From Alphaproteobacteria bacterium (GTDB taxonomy: Bacteria; Pseudomonadota; Alphaproteobacteria; Bin95): DNA of 64,000 nucleotides. Position numbers and translations under genes: made by a program. Where the stretch lies: the NCBI GenBank assembly GCA_964291285.2, contig OZ219788.1, positions 480,001 through 544,000 of the forward strand, in the 5' to 3' direction. Numbering within the stretch: the first letter of the stretch is position 1; each line of letters opens with the position of its first letter. A model generated the notes under the pieces. That model was not told the DNA's origin, ran no database searches, and saw only the letters and a list, made by a program, of their open reading frames with translations. This document shows, piece after piece, positions 31,688-43,050 of this stretch.

Positions 31688-32717
31688 CACGAATCGCGCG
31701 CGAGGGCTGATGGCCGGGATCGCGGTGGGAAACCTGCTGGGAATCGCAATGGAAGGGTGGCCGCGGCAGCGCATCGCCCGGGAGTACCCGGCAGGTGTTC
31801 GGGAGATCGCCGCGAAACCGGGATATCCCGACGACGACGATCTGGCGCAGGCCATCGAAATCGCCGACGCGGCAACGGCCGACGGGGGACTGGATGTAGA
31901 CGACCTGGGCAGGCGCTTCTGGGCGTGGGCCGAAACGAACGGCGCGGGCATGGGCGGCCTGACCGGGGACGTGCTGGCATTGTACGGCGGCAGCTATCCC
32001 CGGCGGCTTGCCCGCAACCGCGATACAGGGACCGCACGGACGCCGGAAGGTGTTCCGATCGTCGAGGCGTCGCGGCAGGCGTGGGAAGGAGGCCGGGCCG
32101 GCAACGGCGCGCTGATGCGGTGTGCGCCGCTCGCGATCCGGTGGCATGACGATCCGCATCGGCTGGTGCGGGAGAGCGTGCTCTCGGCCGTGCCAACGCA
32201 CTGGGACTGGCGCTGTGGCTGGTCCTGCGCGCTTGCGAACCTGGCCTGCGCCGCCGCGCTGCATGGCGAAACACTGTCTGCGGAAGCCCTGTTGCGGTCG
32301 GCGCGGGACGGTATGGCGGCATCCCTGCCTGCGCTCCGCGATTACGGCTACCGCGCCGAAATTCCGTCATCGGTATCGGAAGCGGTGACCCTGGCGTCGC
32401 GGTCCACGATGGACGATCTGGGGTTCGACGGCGACGACATGGGCTTCACGCTTCTGTCCCTCCAGGCGGCGCTGCTCTCGTACTGGCAGGCGGAAGACTT
32501 CGAGTCCGGTTTGCGCAAGGCCGTCGAGGCGGGTGGCGATACGGACACCAACGGCGCCATTGTCGGCGCGGTGCTCGGGGCGCGGTTCGGCCTCGCGGCA
32601 ATCCCCGAACGCTGGCGGCGCCGGGTAGACGGGATCAGGACGGGGCGCGTGTCGATGGAGGCCTGCGCCGAACGGCTGGCGGCCCGGCGGACATCAACGA
32701 ATGTGCATACGTCTTGA
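31668..32717 (+). CDS. ADP-ribosylglycohydrolase (DraG/ARH family)
   Basis: AVGNLLG, DDD, GNGALMR, PTH and GGDTDTNGAIVGA motifs. Confidence 0.85.
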   Translation: MVAVMVDTNRARGLMAGIAVGNLLGIAMEGWPRQRIAREYPAGVREIAAKPGYPDDDDLAQAIEIADAATADGGLDVDDLGRRFWAWAETNGAGMGGLTGDVLALYGGSYPRRLARNRDTGTARTPEGVPIVEASRQAWEGGRAGNGALMRCAPLAIRWHDDPHRLVRESVLSAVPTHWDWRCGWSCALANLACAAALHGETLSAEALLRSARDGMAASLPALRDYGYRAEIPSSVSEAVTLASRSTMDDLGFDGDDMGFTLLSLQAALLSYWQAEDFESGLRKAVEAGGDTDTNGAIVGAVLGARFGLAAIPERWRRRVDGIRTGRVSMEACAERLAARRTSTNVHTS

Positions 32718-33562
32718 CCGTCGCCAGCACCTTTCCCGATACGCGGCGCGATCATTGTCGTGAATGATTTCTGAGGGCCCCGACGGCTGGAATGGAGAGC
32801 TTCGCCCAACTTGGGAGAGGCGCGCTGTCGGTGACGCCTGTCGGGCCATGGTCCTGGGAGGCCCGAAACCTTTCCTGCTCCTGCGAATATCGGATTTCGG
32901 GAAATTTCGGGTGAGCGCAGGGGCGATCAGGCGCTTCCCGCCCTGCGTTGGCCATGCCCTGCCCCTATTGTTCCGAAATGAGACGGAAAGTCTCGTCGCC
33001 CGGCCAGAGGCCTCGTTCCATGGCCAGTTCTGAGGTTGAGAGCATGACGGCGGCACGGGAGAACCCGGGCGGCGTTCTACTGTCCGCACGGTCGCAAACG
33101 GACCGCCCTGAAGTCAATTTGCAACGGCGTGCCAAGCAATGAGAGAGGTGCGCCGTTCGGGGCGGCTTGTCGGACCGGAGCCCCGGGAGGCTCGGGATTT
33201 CTCTTGCCCTGATATCCCGGTGGCATTTGGGATGAAGCGGGCATCCGCCTCTCAGGAGAACGACTGGGAATCTTCCATGGCCAATTCATGAAGACGTTGG
33301 ACGTTGCATTCGGGCGATTTGCCTGCCCTGTCCAGCTATGCACCAGCTCCGCAGTAGCTTGTATCGCTACCGATCAGCCCGCGCTGAGCCCGCCGCCTTC
33401 GGAGCGGTCGACGCGCTGCTCCTGGGTCGTTTCTTGCACCTGCCGGGGCGTCTGAACCGGCTTCGGCGGGTTCAGGATACGTGCGCGGCGGGTCTCGTCG
33501 CTCCATTCGGCGCGGAAGCATCCGCGCGCGGTGACCGCGGCGACCGTCCTCTCGATATCGCT

Positions 33563-35486
33563 CCTGACTTCGACGGTTGATTCGGGTAAGTAGTTGATAT
33601 TGTCCGGTTCTCATTTCCGGCCAGGCACTACATTCGGCATTTCTTCGAGTTCTGGCCGGGCGTGGCTGTGGGTCAGGCGAGCAGGTACGGGGTGATTGTC
33701 AGGGGCAACCCCAAGGTGGCGTAGATCTGTTCCGCCGCGGGTGTGGGCTTCGAGGGGATGACGTAGCGGTTTCCCGATTGCCGGCAGCGCAGCACGGAGC
33801 ATTGGCGGTGGACGAGGGCGGAGCGGATGACCTCCGGGGACATCCTCTGCTTCTGGATGGCGACGCGGTATGCGAGGTGGCGGACACAGGCGAAGGCCAT
33901 GAAGGCGATGGCGATGTGGGCGCGGATGCGGTCCGGGTTCCAGTGCCATATGGGCCGCACCCGGAGGTCGTGCCTGGTGATGCGGAAGCTTTCCTCGACC
34001 TGCCAGAGCCCGTGGTAGTGGGACATCACTTCGGTGACGCTGGCGTCGCGCAGATTGGTGATGACGCCGGCGAGCCCGTCCCATTGCTCGGCCTCGGCGA
34101 TCTTCTCCGGGTTCACCGTGAGCCGGGCGTCGCCCTCGACGGCGATGAAGCGCTTCATTCCATGGTTGGAGAGCAGCTCCTTGGGATTGTTGCTGCGGGT
34201 CAGCCTGCCGAGCAGGCGCTGCACCTGCTTGCGGCGCTCGTGCGCGTCCTTGCGCGCGCGCTTGGGGCAGAAGACGACGATCAGGCGTCGGCCCTTGTAT
34301 TCCCATTCGCCGACCCGGCGGTTCTCCGGGCCCTCCAGCGGGGCATAGGCGTCCGGGTCGAGAAGCTGCTTGCGCAGGGCGAGCGGCAGCTTGCGCAGCC
34401 GCGCGCCGACGACATACGCGCCGCCGATCCTGTCCATGGCGTCGAGGTTGTCGGCGCTCAGCATGCCCCGATCGGCCACGCACACCATGCGCTCCACCTG
34501 GTGGCGGCGCTGCATGTCCCGCAGGACCGGGACCAGGCTGTGCCCCTCGTAGGTGGCGCCGGGGAAGACCTCGTAGCCGATCGGCAGGCCTTCGCGCGTC
34601 ACCATCAGCGCCAGCAGGATCTGCGTGTCCTTGTGCTTGCCGTCCTTGCTGAAGCCGTGCTGGCGAAGTTCGTCCTCAACCGCGCTCTCGAAGGAGAGCG
34701 TGGTGCAGTCGAAGAAGAGGATCGCGACCGGCTCCGGCAGCAGCGACCGGCTCGCCTCGCCGACCCGCGTGCGCAGACGCTCGATCACGGGCGCGTCGAG
34801 CTGGTCCATCATCCGGTAGACCTTCTCGAGCGGCAGGCTCACGCCGAAGTCCTCCTCGAGCCGGCGCACGCTGCCCCGCTTGCTGTCGGGGTTGGCGATC
34901 CGCGCCATCACCAGGTGGAACAGCGCGTCGTGCGAGGCGCGGTAGCGCGAACGCGGCAGCAGCGTGTCCAGGCCCAGCAGGCGGTACATCTCGCCGTAGA
35001 CCTCGTGCACGCCGGTGACCAGGCGCTGCTCCTCCTCGATCTGCTTGAGGTCGACCGGGAGTTCCTGCTTGCCGTCGCCCCGGCGACCGACGCGGATCAC
35101 CTGCCCGGCGATCTTCTCGGGCGCAAACAGCAAGGGCTGGCGCTCGTCCTCCAGCTTCGCCTTGACATACGCGCCGAGCTGCCTCAGGCGCTCGAGCTCG
35201 TCCTCGTCCATGGCCACGCCGATGTGGCGCACGATGCGCTGGCGCACCTTGCCGCCGTCGCGCACCGCCTCGACCAGCTGGACCGAGCGGCGCGGGCTGT
35301 TGGGCGTGGACTTGATGCGAACGAACATGGGCCGGAGTATAGCCCGCGGCGAAGATATCCGAAATCAAATATAATCACTAGGCACTACAATCCAACGCAA
35401 CTGCAACGCAACTGCCAAGTCATTGGCTTCGCTGAAAACTCCAGACGCAACATCAGCCGAAATCCGGCTCAACCGTCGAAGTCAGG
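33563..35486 (-). mobile_element. IS1634-family insertion sequence (transposase 33673-35328)
   Basis: Perfect 18-bp IR CCTGACTTCGACGGTTGA. FFDCT, GFSKD, VADRGM and Y..LWQVEESFR motifs. No obvious target duplication. Confidence 0.9.
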
Positions 35487-35698
35487 CGGGTTTTGCAATC
35501 GCGCGGGGAATTCGGCTTCAACAGGAATTGAGTCTGCTGGACTGCTACATCGAGAGCGCCGTTGCGCGCCATTCGCACCACCTGGGCGCGGGGCTCTCCC
35601 TCGGCCTTGAGGGCGCGCACCGGCCGGGTCCGGCTCCCGAGACAGCCTCGTGTTGCACGGCGCGCTGCGATGGCAGGAGAACGCCCGGTAGTGGCGCG

Positions 35699-36844
35699 TC
35701 AGGTCTCCAGCACGGCGTTCATGGCCTGCCCGACGCGTTCCGCGGCGGCTTCGATGTCGCGGTCGGCGATATGGGCGTAGCGCAGCGTCATGCGCACATC
35801 GGAATGTCCGAGCAGGCGGGAGACGACCGGGACGGGCACGCCGTTCATCACCGCATGACTGGCCATGGTATGGCGCAGGTCGTGGAGGCGGACATCCCCG
35901 ATCCCGGCTTCGCGTCTGACGCGGTACCAGAGCGGCAGGTCCGGGCTGCGCGGGCGGGCGGGGTCGCGCGGCGAGGGAAACACGAACGCGCTGCCCGTGC
36001 GCGTCTGCCGGTAGAGGATAGCGCGGGCCTGTCTGTTGAGTGGAACCGTTCTCGGTCCGGTCTTGGCATCGGTGAGCGCCAGCCCGTCCTCGCGGACTTC
36101 CGACCAGCCGAGGCCCGTGATCTCGCTTCTGCGGCAGCCGGTCAGCAGCAGGAGGCGGATAATGTCGGCCTGCCGCCGCGCACCCTGCCGGGTCTGCGCG
36201 TCCAGGGCGGCATGGAGGCGTGCGAGTTCCTCCCGGGACAGGAACCGTGTGAGTGCCGGGCGGCGGTTCCTTCTCATGTGCCTGGCCGGATTGACCTCGA
36301 CATGACCGCAGGCGAGGGCGAAGTTCATGATCTGGTGAAGGAGGGTGAAAGCGCGGTTGGCGCCGCCGGGTGCGGTCCGGCTGTAGCGGTCGAACCACTG
36401 CCGGACATGGCCCGGCGCAATGCGGTCGAGCGGCTTCGAGCCGAATGCGGGAAGCAATTGTCGCCGGAGTATCCCGGACGCGGTTTGCTGGCCCGACGGC
36501 TTGTAGCGGTCGAAGTGTGCCTGCTTCCACGAACCCGCGACGAAATCCCGGAACAGCGGGGCCGCGCCGGGCGGCGCGGCTGTCTCCTCCGGCTGCGGGG
36601 CCGCCTGGCGCTCGAGAGCCTCCCGGCGGGCTTCGGCGGCGCTCTTCACGCCAACCGGGCCGAGCGAGACGCGCTTCGTGCGCCCGCCGCTGTCGAGCAG
36701 CAGCACCCAGCTGCGCCCGCCGGTGGGCCGCACCCGGACGCCAAGGCCGGCGATGCGCGTGTCCCAGACCGTATATTCCCGCTCGCGGGGGCGGAAACGG
36801 GCGACGGCGGCGTCGGTGAGTTTCATCCGTTCCCGGCCCGCCAT
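35699..36844 (-). CDS. Tyrosine recombinase/integrase B (arm-binding N-terminal domain)
   Basis: LTGCRRSEI, KTG, HDLRHT, LLGH and TLRY. The start overlaps the upstream stop (TGATG). Confidence 0.9.
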   Translation of the reverse strand: MAGRERMKLTDAAVARFRPREREYTVWDTRIAGLGVRVRPTGGRSWVLLLDSGGRTKRVSLGPVGVKSAAEARREALERQAAPQPEETAAPPGAAPLFRDFVAGSWKQAHFDRYKPSGQQTASGILRRQLLPAFGSKPLDRIAPGHVRQWFDRYSRTAPGGANRAFTLLHQIMNFALACGHVEVNPARHMRRNRRPALTRFLSREELARLHAALDAQTRQGARRQADIIRLLLLTGCRRSEITGLGWSEVREDGLALTDAKTGPRTVPLNRQARAILYRQTRTGSAFVFPSPRDPARPRSPDLPLWYRVRREAGIGDVRLHDLRHTMASHAVMNGVPVPVVSRLLGHSDVRMTLRYAHIADRDIEAAAERVGQAMNAVLET

Positions 36845-37968
36845 CAGCCTGCCTCCAGCGCGGCGCCGACGGTCTCGGCTGCGTCCTGCACCATGGCGTC
36901 GGCGACATGGGTGTATTTCAGCGTGGTTTCCGGCCTGCGGTGGCCCAGCAGCCGGCCGATGGCGAGCACCGTCTCGCCCTGCCTGAGGGCAAGGCTCGCA
37001 TGCGTATGACGCAGGTCGTGAAGGCGGGCGTCCTCCAGGTGCGCCTCGGCGCGGACCCTGCGCCAGAAGTGGTCCAGCCAGCACCCGCTCCGGGGCCGGT
37101 CGCCCCGAGATGCGGGGAATATCCATCGCCCCTTACGCTCGAGACGATCAAGCACCGTCCGGGCCGGCTCCGACAGCCAGACGGTTCTCGGCCCCGTCTT
37201 GGAATCGCGGAGAAACAGGCGGCCTTCGCGGTAATCGGACCATTGCAGGGTGAGGATCTCGCCCTTGCGGCAGCCGGTCAGCAGCAGCAGGCGGATGGCG
37301 GCAACATGCTGCGGCCAGCGGGCCTCATGCGCCTTGAGCCTCGCGGACAGGCGGCGGATTTCCTCGTCCGGGAGGAACCGCTCGCGGCCCTTGCGGCGGT
37401 AGCGCCTGATGCCCCGGCAGGGGTTGGAACCCTCCGGGCGCAGGCCCATGGCCTCCGCCTCCCTCATGATGACGGACAGCACCGGCATCGACCGGTCCGC
37501 CGCCACCGGCGTCGCGCGCAGGCGGGCGAACCAGTTCCTTACCTCCTGCCGGTCGATGTCCGCGACTTGCCGTCCCGCGAAATGCGGCAGGATCTGGCAG
37601 CGAAGATAGCTGCGGTTGACAGCGAGCGTTCCGGCCTTCCAGAGGCGCTCATACCGCCGGAAGACCGTCCCGGCGACGGCCTCGAAGACCGTCTCGTCCA
37701 GCGCAGGCGGCGCTTCCCCGCCGCGCCTGATGGCGGCAAGCATGTCCGCAGCCACGGCCCGCGCCTCGCCGATGCTCATGGACCCGGCGTCGCCGACGAT
37801 CTTCCAGATGCGCACGCCGCGATGCTGGCAGTGGATGAAGAACTGCTTGCGGCCCAAGGGCGACACCCGGACGCCGAACCCCCTGAGCCTGCCGTCGCGG
37901 ACCTCGCGGACGGACCTGCGGGGCTTGAGCGCCTTCACGCGGACCTCGGTGAGGGTAGTCTTCGCCAT
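36844..37968 (-). CDS. Tyrosine recombinase/integrase A (arm-binding N-terminal domain)
   Basis: LTGCRKGEI, KTG, HDLRHT, LLGH and TLKY. Confidence 0.9.
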   Translation of the reverse strand: MAKTTLTEVRVKALKPRRSVREVRDGRLRGFGVRVSPLGRKQFFIHCQHRGVRIWKIVGDAGSMSIGEARAVAADMLAAIRRGGEAPPALDETVFEAVAGTVFRRYERLWKAGTLAVNRSYLRCQILPHFAGRQVADIDRQEVRNWFARLRATPVAADRSMPVLSVIMREAEAMGLRPEGSNPCRGIRRYRRKGRERFLPDEEIRRLSARLKAHEARWPQHVAAIRLLLLTGCRKGEILTLQWSDYREGRLFLRDSKTGPRTVWLSEPARTVLDRLERKGRWIFPASRGDRPRSGCWLDHFWRRVRAEAHLEDARLHDLRHTHASLALRQGETVLAIGRLLGHRRPETTLKYTHVADAMVQDAAETVGAALEAG

Positions 37969-38096
37969 TGCGTTTCTCCCGGCTCCGGTTGCAGCCGGGG
38001 AACGGGCCCTTGCGACCCGCTTGCCCGACCGCTACATTTCGGGAGAAAAAACGATGCTATGTCAGGTAGTTAGCACCCACCGGTGCGGGCGCGGTG

Positions 38097-38951
38097 TGGA
38101 AGAAGGTGAAGTCGTGGTTCGGCTACGGGCTGCACCTGATCGCCGACACGGACCACGAGGTTCCTGTGGCCTTCGAGGTGACGCGGGCGTCGGCATCGGA
38201 ACCCGGGGTGCTGTCCGGGATGCTGGAGGAGTTGTTCGCCGAGGCGCCGGAGATGGCCGGGCGCTGCGCCACCTTCAGCGCCGACCGCGGTCTCGACAAC
38301 GCCCGCCTGAAGGCGCGGCTGTGGGACAGGTGGCATATCCGCCCGCTGATCGACACGCGCCTGATGTGGCGGGTCGAGAAGAAGGAGCCGGGCCATGACC
38401 CGGCCCGGCCGATCACGCGACCGCTGTTCCCCGGGCGCGCCGACGTCATCGTTCATGACGAACGCGGCCGGGTGTCCTGCGTGTGCCCGCAGACCGGCGA
38501 GGTCCGCGCCATGGCCTTCCAGGGGTTCGAGGTCGGGCGCGGCGTCTGCGGCACGCTCAAATACCGCTGCCCCGCAGCCGCCTTCGGCTTCGAGTGCAAG
38601 GGACGCCGGGCCTGCCATCGGGCGGGTGGGGTGAAGTCCGGCGAATACGGCCGCATCCTGCGCGTCGACCTCGACAGCCATGACCGGCGTATCTTCACGC
38701 CCACGCCCTGGGGCAGCCCGTCATGGCGGCGCGGATACAACCGGCGCACCGCCATGGAGCGGATCAACGCCCGCCTCGACCGCAGCTTCAACTTCGAGAC
38801 CCATTACATCCGCGGACGCGCGAAGATGAAGACCCGCATCGGGCTGGCCCTGGCGGTCATGATGGCCATGGCGCTTGCACAGGCCCGCGCCGGACGCGTC
38901 GCACGCATGCGCTCCCTGGTCGGCCCGGCGCCATACCTCGATACCGGCTGA
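38097..38951 (+). pseudogene. IS1182/IS5-like DDE transposase, 3' half
   Basis: WFGYGLHL, ADRGLD, YRCP...C...C and YNRRTAMERINA. Continues the 27402 ORF. Confidence 0.8.
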
Positions 38952-38953
38952 TA

Positions 38954-39545
38954 CCAGCGGGCATAGTTCAGAACCCATTGGCCCATTTTCGGGTTCCGAT
39001 GGAGGCGATGCGTTCTGGTTGTGAGACGAGATTGTTCCAGGCCTGGCAGCAGTGATCGAGTATGTCGTCGTAGTTCTGGAAGACGCGGTTCGAGAGCCAA
39101 TTTTCGCGCATGAACTGCCAGACATTCTCGACGGGATTGAGCTCGGGGGACCGGGGCGGGAGCGGCATCAGGGTTATGTTGTCGGGGACTTTGAGGGCCG
39201 GGGATGTGTGCCATCCGGCCCGGTCGAGCATGACGAGGGCATGGGCTCCGGGTTCAACGGTGAGGGCGACCTCGGCGAGGTGGGCGTTGAGTGCCTCCGT
39301 GTTGGCGTGGGGCATGACGAGGCCGGCGGCCTTGCCCTTCTGCGGGCATATGGCGCCGAAGATGTAGGCCGAGATGGTTCTCTGGTCCTTGGGCGCTGAC
39401 GGTCGGGTGCCGCGTTTAGCCCATCGCCGGGTGATCTTGTTCTTCTGCCCGACGCGCGCCTCGTCCTGCCACCAGACTTCGACCTCGACGCCGTCGCCGA
39501 GTGCAGCGCGGATCTCCTTCAGGCGGTCGGGGAAGTTTTTTTGAA
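38954..39545 (-). mobile_element. IS630-family transposase 3' half, 5' part lost
   Basis: QDEARVG, LDRAGWH and SPELNPVE. A slippery A-run sits at ~39536-39542, at the truncation point. Confidence 0.8.
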
Positions 39546-40485
39546 CCTAAATCCGGCAGTTGAGTATGGCGTGGCCTTGCCGAATCCCTTGTAGTCTTCG
39601 GGTATGAGCGTCTTTTCAGGGGCCGAAGAGGCTCACCCTGTGGGTGATTATCCTGGCGCTGTGCGGGATGTCGCCCGAGCGTTCGTGAAGGTGGACACCT
39701 TCGGCGGCGCGGTTCATGTGGAATGGGACCCTGATGCGGCGGTGACGCCGCTGGGCCATCTGGCGTTTTTCGCGGAATAGCTGAAGGTGAGCGGTCGCTT
39801 TGACGCTTTGGTTGCGGACTGCCCGCTGCGGTACACGAGCCCGAACGCGCCGTCGAAGCGGGATGTCCCGGGGACGGTTCTTCTGTCGGTTCTGGCGGGG
39901 CAGTCCCGCTATGCGCACATCACGTCGCTGCGCGGCGACGGGGTGAACCCTGCGCTGCTGGGTATGGACAAGGTTGCGAGCGAGGATTCGGTGCGGCGCG
40001 GTCTGGAGCGGATCGGTGCGGATGTCGGCACATCGTGGCTTCAGGGCCATCTGGACGAGGTGGTCCGTCCGCTGCTGAGGGAGCCGTGGGTTCTGGACTG
40101 CGACACGACGATCAAGGCGCTTTACGGTCGTCAGGAGGGAGCGGTTGTGAGCTACAACCCGAAGAAGCCGGGCCGCCCCTCGCATGCCTGCCATGCGTTC
40201 CTGATGGCGGGGACGCGGCTTGTTCTGGATGTCGAGGTGGCGCCGGGCAACCATCACCATTCGAGGCGCGCGGCGCCGTCCTTGTGGGCGTTGCTCGACC
40301 GTCTTGGGCGGGATCGCTGGCCGCGTCTGGTGCGGGGCGACAAGGACTGGGGCAGCGAGGCCAACATGGCGTCGTGCGAGGCTGCGGGTCCGGACTATCT
40401 GTTCAAGCTGCGCCTGACGAAGGGGGCGCGCCGGCTTGCCGGGCGGCTGATGGCGCGGGACGGCTGGAAGGATGCGGGCCAGGGC
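39546..40485 (+). mobile_element. IS1380-family element, pseudogenised (TAG at 39778) and truncated by IS21
   Basis: DTFGG.VHVEWD, YTSPNAP, LDCDTT, GRPSH and RGD motifs. Confidence 0.8.
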
Positions 40486-42233
40486 TGTCAATGGCAGCCG
40501 AAAATTGCGCATTTTTGGCAAGTGAAAATTGCTCACTTTTGTCTTTGATCCCTTTCGCCCGGCACGGTGCTTGGGGGGTGGGCCTCGATGGAGCTTTGGG
40601 TAACCGGGTTGGCGCAGCGACCGCCGCGAGTCTGGCGGCGACAACCCGGTTATCCATAGCGGGCGGCGGTCACCGTTGCCGTTTTTGCTCCGGGCGGGGA
40701 TCACGCGGCGGCCCTCTTGCGTCGCCGGTCCGAGCCGGACTGCAGCAGGTTCTGATGATCGCGCATCCGGTAGGAGTTCCCCCGGATGTTGACGATGTGG
40801 CAGTGGTGGACCAGGCGGTCGATGAGAGCCGCCGCCATGACCTCGTCGCCGAGCACGCCGCCCCAGTCCTCGAAGCCCTTGTTCGAGGTCAGCACGGTCG
40901 ATGCCTTCTCGTGCCTGGCGTTGATGAGCTGGAAGAAGAGCACGGCGCCGTCCTGGTTGACGGGCAGGTAGCCGATCTCGTCGACCACCAGCAGCGCCGG
41001 GTGTGTGAGCACGCGCAGCCGGTGGGACAGGTTGCCGGCGGCCTTGGCCTCGGTGAGGGAGTCGATCAGCCCTGCGAGCGTGCCGTAGTAGACGCGCCGT
41101 CCAGCTTCGGCCGCGGCGATCGCGAGGCTTATGGCCAGATGCGTTTTGCCGACCCCGGGCGGACCAAGCAGGATCACGTTCTCGCGGCGGTCGACGAAGC
41201 CGAGCTCGTGCAGGCTCTCGATCTGCTCGCGCTTGATGCTGGGCTGGAAGGCGAAGTCGAACTGGTCGAGCGTCTTCACCGCGGGCAGCCTGGACGAGCG
41301 CATGGCGGTCTGGAGCCTGCGGTTGTTGCGGAGCACGATCTGGGCGTTCAGCAACTGCTGGATGGCCTCGGCCGCGGTGATCGAGCCGCCGTCGGCTTCG
41401 GACAGGATGCCGTCGACGGCCTCCAGCGCGCCGGGCATCTTCAGGTCGGCCAGCATCGCCCGCAGCCTGTCGCGCCGGCTCGGCGCCGGGGGCTTCATTG
41501 CAGCGCCTCCGCATAGACGCTGAGCGGGCGCCGTTCGACCTCCACACTTGTCGGAAAGCGCCGTCGTGCGGGCTCCGGAGCCTGGCGGAGGCCGAGACGC
41601 CGGTAGGGAGAGATGGCCAGGGGGCGAAGCGCCGCCCGTTCGTCGCGCTCGAAGCGGTCGACGGGGCGTTCCCCGGTCGTGGCGTGCCGGCGAACGTTGG
41701 CCGTACCCTCCAGCCAGCCCGCGGCCTGTTGGTTGAGATCGTCGTCGTTCGCGAAGCTGCGTCCGTAGAAGAAGCTCTCGCGGATGTAGCGGATCGGACG
41801 CTCCACCTTGCCCTTCGTCCGGGCCCGACAGGGGCGGCACGAGCGGGGCATGAACCCCCAGTGCGTGGCGAAGCGCAGGAACTCCGCGTTGAGCACCAGG
41901 CCGCCGGCGCCGGTGCGGTCGTCGGACAGCACCACCGCGCGCATCTGGTCGAACAGCAGCTCCTCCGGAACCCCGCCGAACCGACCGAAGGCGCTCTCCA
42001 GTCCCTCCATCAGCACTGCCATCGTCTGCCGGGGGAAGAACCGCAGCCACAGAAGCCGGGAGTAGCCCAGCACCACCACCAGGGCATGACGCCGGCCCCA
42101 GGGAAGCCGGAACGTCCCGAAGTCCACCTGGCCCTGGCGACCCGCCGGCGTCTCGAACCGCACCACCGCCTCGACCGGCTCGCGCGGCCGCGTCGCACGC
42201 ACATAGTCCAGCACGCGGCGATAGCCGCCCGGG
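40486..42233 (-). mobile_element. IS21-family element: istB 40701-41498 intact, istA 41495-42233 5'-truncated
   Basis: TGTCAA end, GPPGVGKT/VVDEIGY (IstB) and QVDF/FDQMR/KGKVER (IstA). Confidence 0.85.
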
Positions 42234-42614
42234 TGTAGGTGACGGTCGTAAAAGGCGCTTATTTGCTGGCGTTGCGCGTTTTTGCGGGGCGTGATGATCG
42301 CAGTGATTGTGGTGCGGCGGTGTTTGTGACGGGGGCCTGGGACGGAAGGAGGGCGTAGCCCGACTGGAGTCGCCGGCCCCCGTCGCGTTGATATTTTCGC
42401 CTGCCGAGGGGAGGGTGTCCTGGCGCTGTCGGCGGGGGTCGCCGGGCTGCGCGAGGGGGTAGACTGGGGCTGCTGAGAACGATGCGGCGCCGGCCCCGTT
42501 TGCTAGGTGGCAACGACCGGCGCCGCACCCCCCGAGCCATGCAAGGCACGGCCCGTATGCGCAGTATCGTAGGCGTTCGGGCGTGGGTCCACCCCGTTCT
42601 CATCGGTCTTTGCG

Positions 42615-43049
42615 ATGAGGAACGCCGCCCGCCTGTTCACCTGCGCTTCGTGCCATCGCCAGGTTGTGCTGTGCCGGCGGTGCGACCACGGCAACATCTA
42701 CTGCTCGCGTCCGTGCAGCGGCCGGGCGCGGCGGCGCTCGCTGCGCCTTGCCGGGCGTCGCTACCAGAACAGCCGGCGGGGCCGTCACAAGCATGCCGAA
42801 CGCCAGCGGCGCTACCGCGAGCGCCGTCGCGTCCGTGCGCCTGAGGAGGGGCGCCGTGCGCAGAAAGTGACGCATCACCCTTTGACCCGTTCACCGCGCC
42901 GTCCTGTTGTGGCGGGCATGCCGGCGGGGCGCTCGGGAAGGAGGCCCTTCGGACCCGACCGTCCCGCCGGAGTGTTCCGCTGCGATCACTGCGGGCGGTT
43001 CTGCGCCCGGGCGGTCTATCCGGGCCTGCGCCCGGCGCGAAGGGAGTGA
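42615..43049 (+). CDS. Small basic Cys-rich (Zn-ribbon) protein upstream of istA
   Basis: CASC, CRRC, CSRPC and CDHC motifs; Arg-rich. The stop lies 1 nt before the istA ATG. Confidence 0.65.
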   Translation: MRNAARLFTCASCHRQVVLCRRCDHGNIYCSRPCSGRARRRSLRLAGRRYQNSRRGRHKHAERQRRYRERRRVRAPEEGRRAQKVTHHPLTRSPRRPVVAGMPAGRSGRRPFGPDRPAGVFRCDHCGRFCARAVYPGLRPARRE

Positions 43050-43050
43050 G

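Larger units (their letters stand above)
28014..38097. mobile_element. ~10 kb integrative element with tandem tyrosine recombinases, inserted in a transposase gene
   Basis: Junction direct repeats GGCGCGGCGT (28014-28023) and GGCGCGGTGT (38088-38097). Imperfect subterminal inverted repeats at 28055-28083 and 38041-38070. Removing the element restores the transposase frame. Confidence 0.8.

Noticed and set aside
32720-33560. Possible gene or ncRNA between the ADP-ribosylglycohydrolase and IS1634
   Set aside because: Only short motif-less ORFs and no structure I could support.
35699-37968. Integron or RIT element
   Set aside because: No attC-like cassettes or IntI insertion were seen, there are two recombinases rather than three, and both have arm-binding N-termini.
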